From positions 60,694 through 124,693 of the forward strand of contig JAAPAO010000026.1 of the NCBI GenBank assembly GCA_013115145.1: 64,000 bases of DNA, read 5' to 3'. Made by a program: the position numbers and the translations under genes. The notes beneath the pieces were generated by a model. It made no database searches, was not told the DNA's origin, and saw only the letters and a program-made list of their open reading frames with translations. Of the stretch, positions 63,929 to 64,000 are shown one piece after another (within the stretch, counting starts at the first letter, position 1; each line of letters starts with the position of its first letter). This DNA is from Perkinsus chesapeaki ATCC PRA-425 (Eukaryota > Protista > Perkinsozoa).

Positions 63929-64000
63929 CGACACCTGAGGGATTCGAACCCTCGCGGGCAGAGCCCAACGGCTTAGCAGGCCGCCGCCTTAACCACTCGG
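63929..64000 (-). tRNA. trnS-GCT: tRNA-Ser(GCT), second copy, truncated by the window end
   Basis: Identical to the first copy over the visible part except position 63969. Period 160 bp. Confidence 0.9.

Noticed and set aside
63518-63934. Plus-strand ORFs of 86 and 60 aa
   Set aside because: They overlap the tRNA array on the opposite strand and are spurious.

Overview
Eukaryotic, intron-rich (short GT-AG introns) genomic DNA from a myzozoan alveolate, most likely Perkinsus. This is inferred from the nucleus-encoded split cox2a, enolases with the plant-like EWGWC insert, and the gene content. No prokaryotic features were seen (no CRISPR, operons or intact mobile elements). About 30 genes are supportable. 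Minus strand 1-6.2 kb: hypothetical protein, LRR protein, Tim17, membrane protein. Plus strand 6.7-11.3 kb: three intronless tandem enolases; the middle copy has a 29-bp frameshifting deletion that removes the catalytic lysine. Minus strand 12-31.4 kb, 11 consecutive genes: two WS/DGAT acyltransferases, TMX-like thioredoxin, cyclin Y-like, cytochrome P450, CENP-C, PHD-like, two hypotheticals, ASPH-like 2OG oxygenase, ATP synthase delta. From 31.7 kb, mixed strands: GT-A-like protein, ankyrin protein, AMP deaminase, GH18-like protein, R2R3-Myb, a twin-CX9C protein head-to-head with cox2a, C69 peptidase, TFIIS, 3-hydroxyanthranilate dioxygenase, and the start of a tRNA-Ser(GCT) tandem array. I found no unambiguous new multi-gene system. 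The best leads are the enolase triplet (Cys-rich tail, mosaicism, dead copy), a shared TGCGCATGCGTGC upstream element, the divergent CX9C/cox2a pair, the non-canonical CENP-C motif, the membrane-anchored WS/DGAT pair and the non-canonical P450. Multi-exon boundaries were assembled by eye and are approximate. Family assignments come from motif recognition, not database searches.
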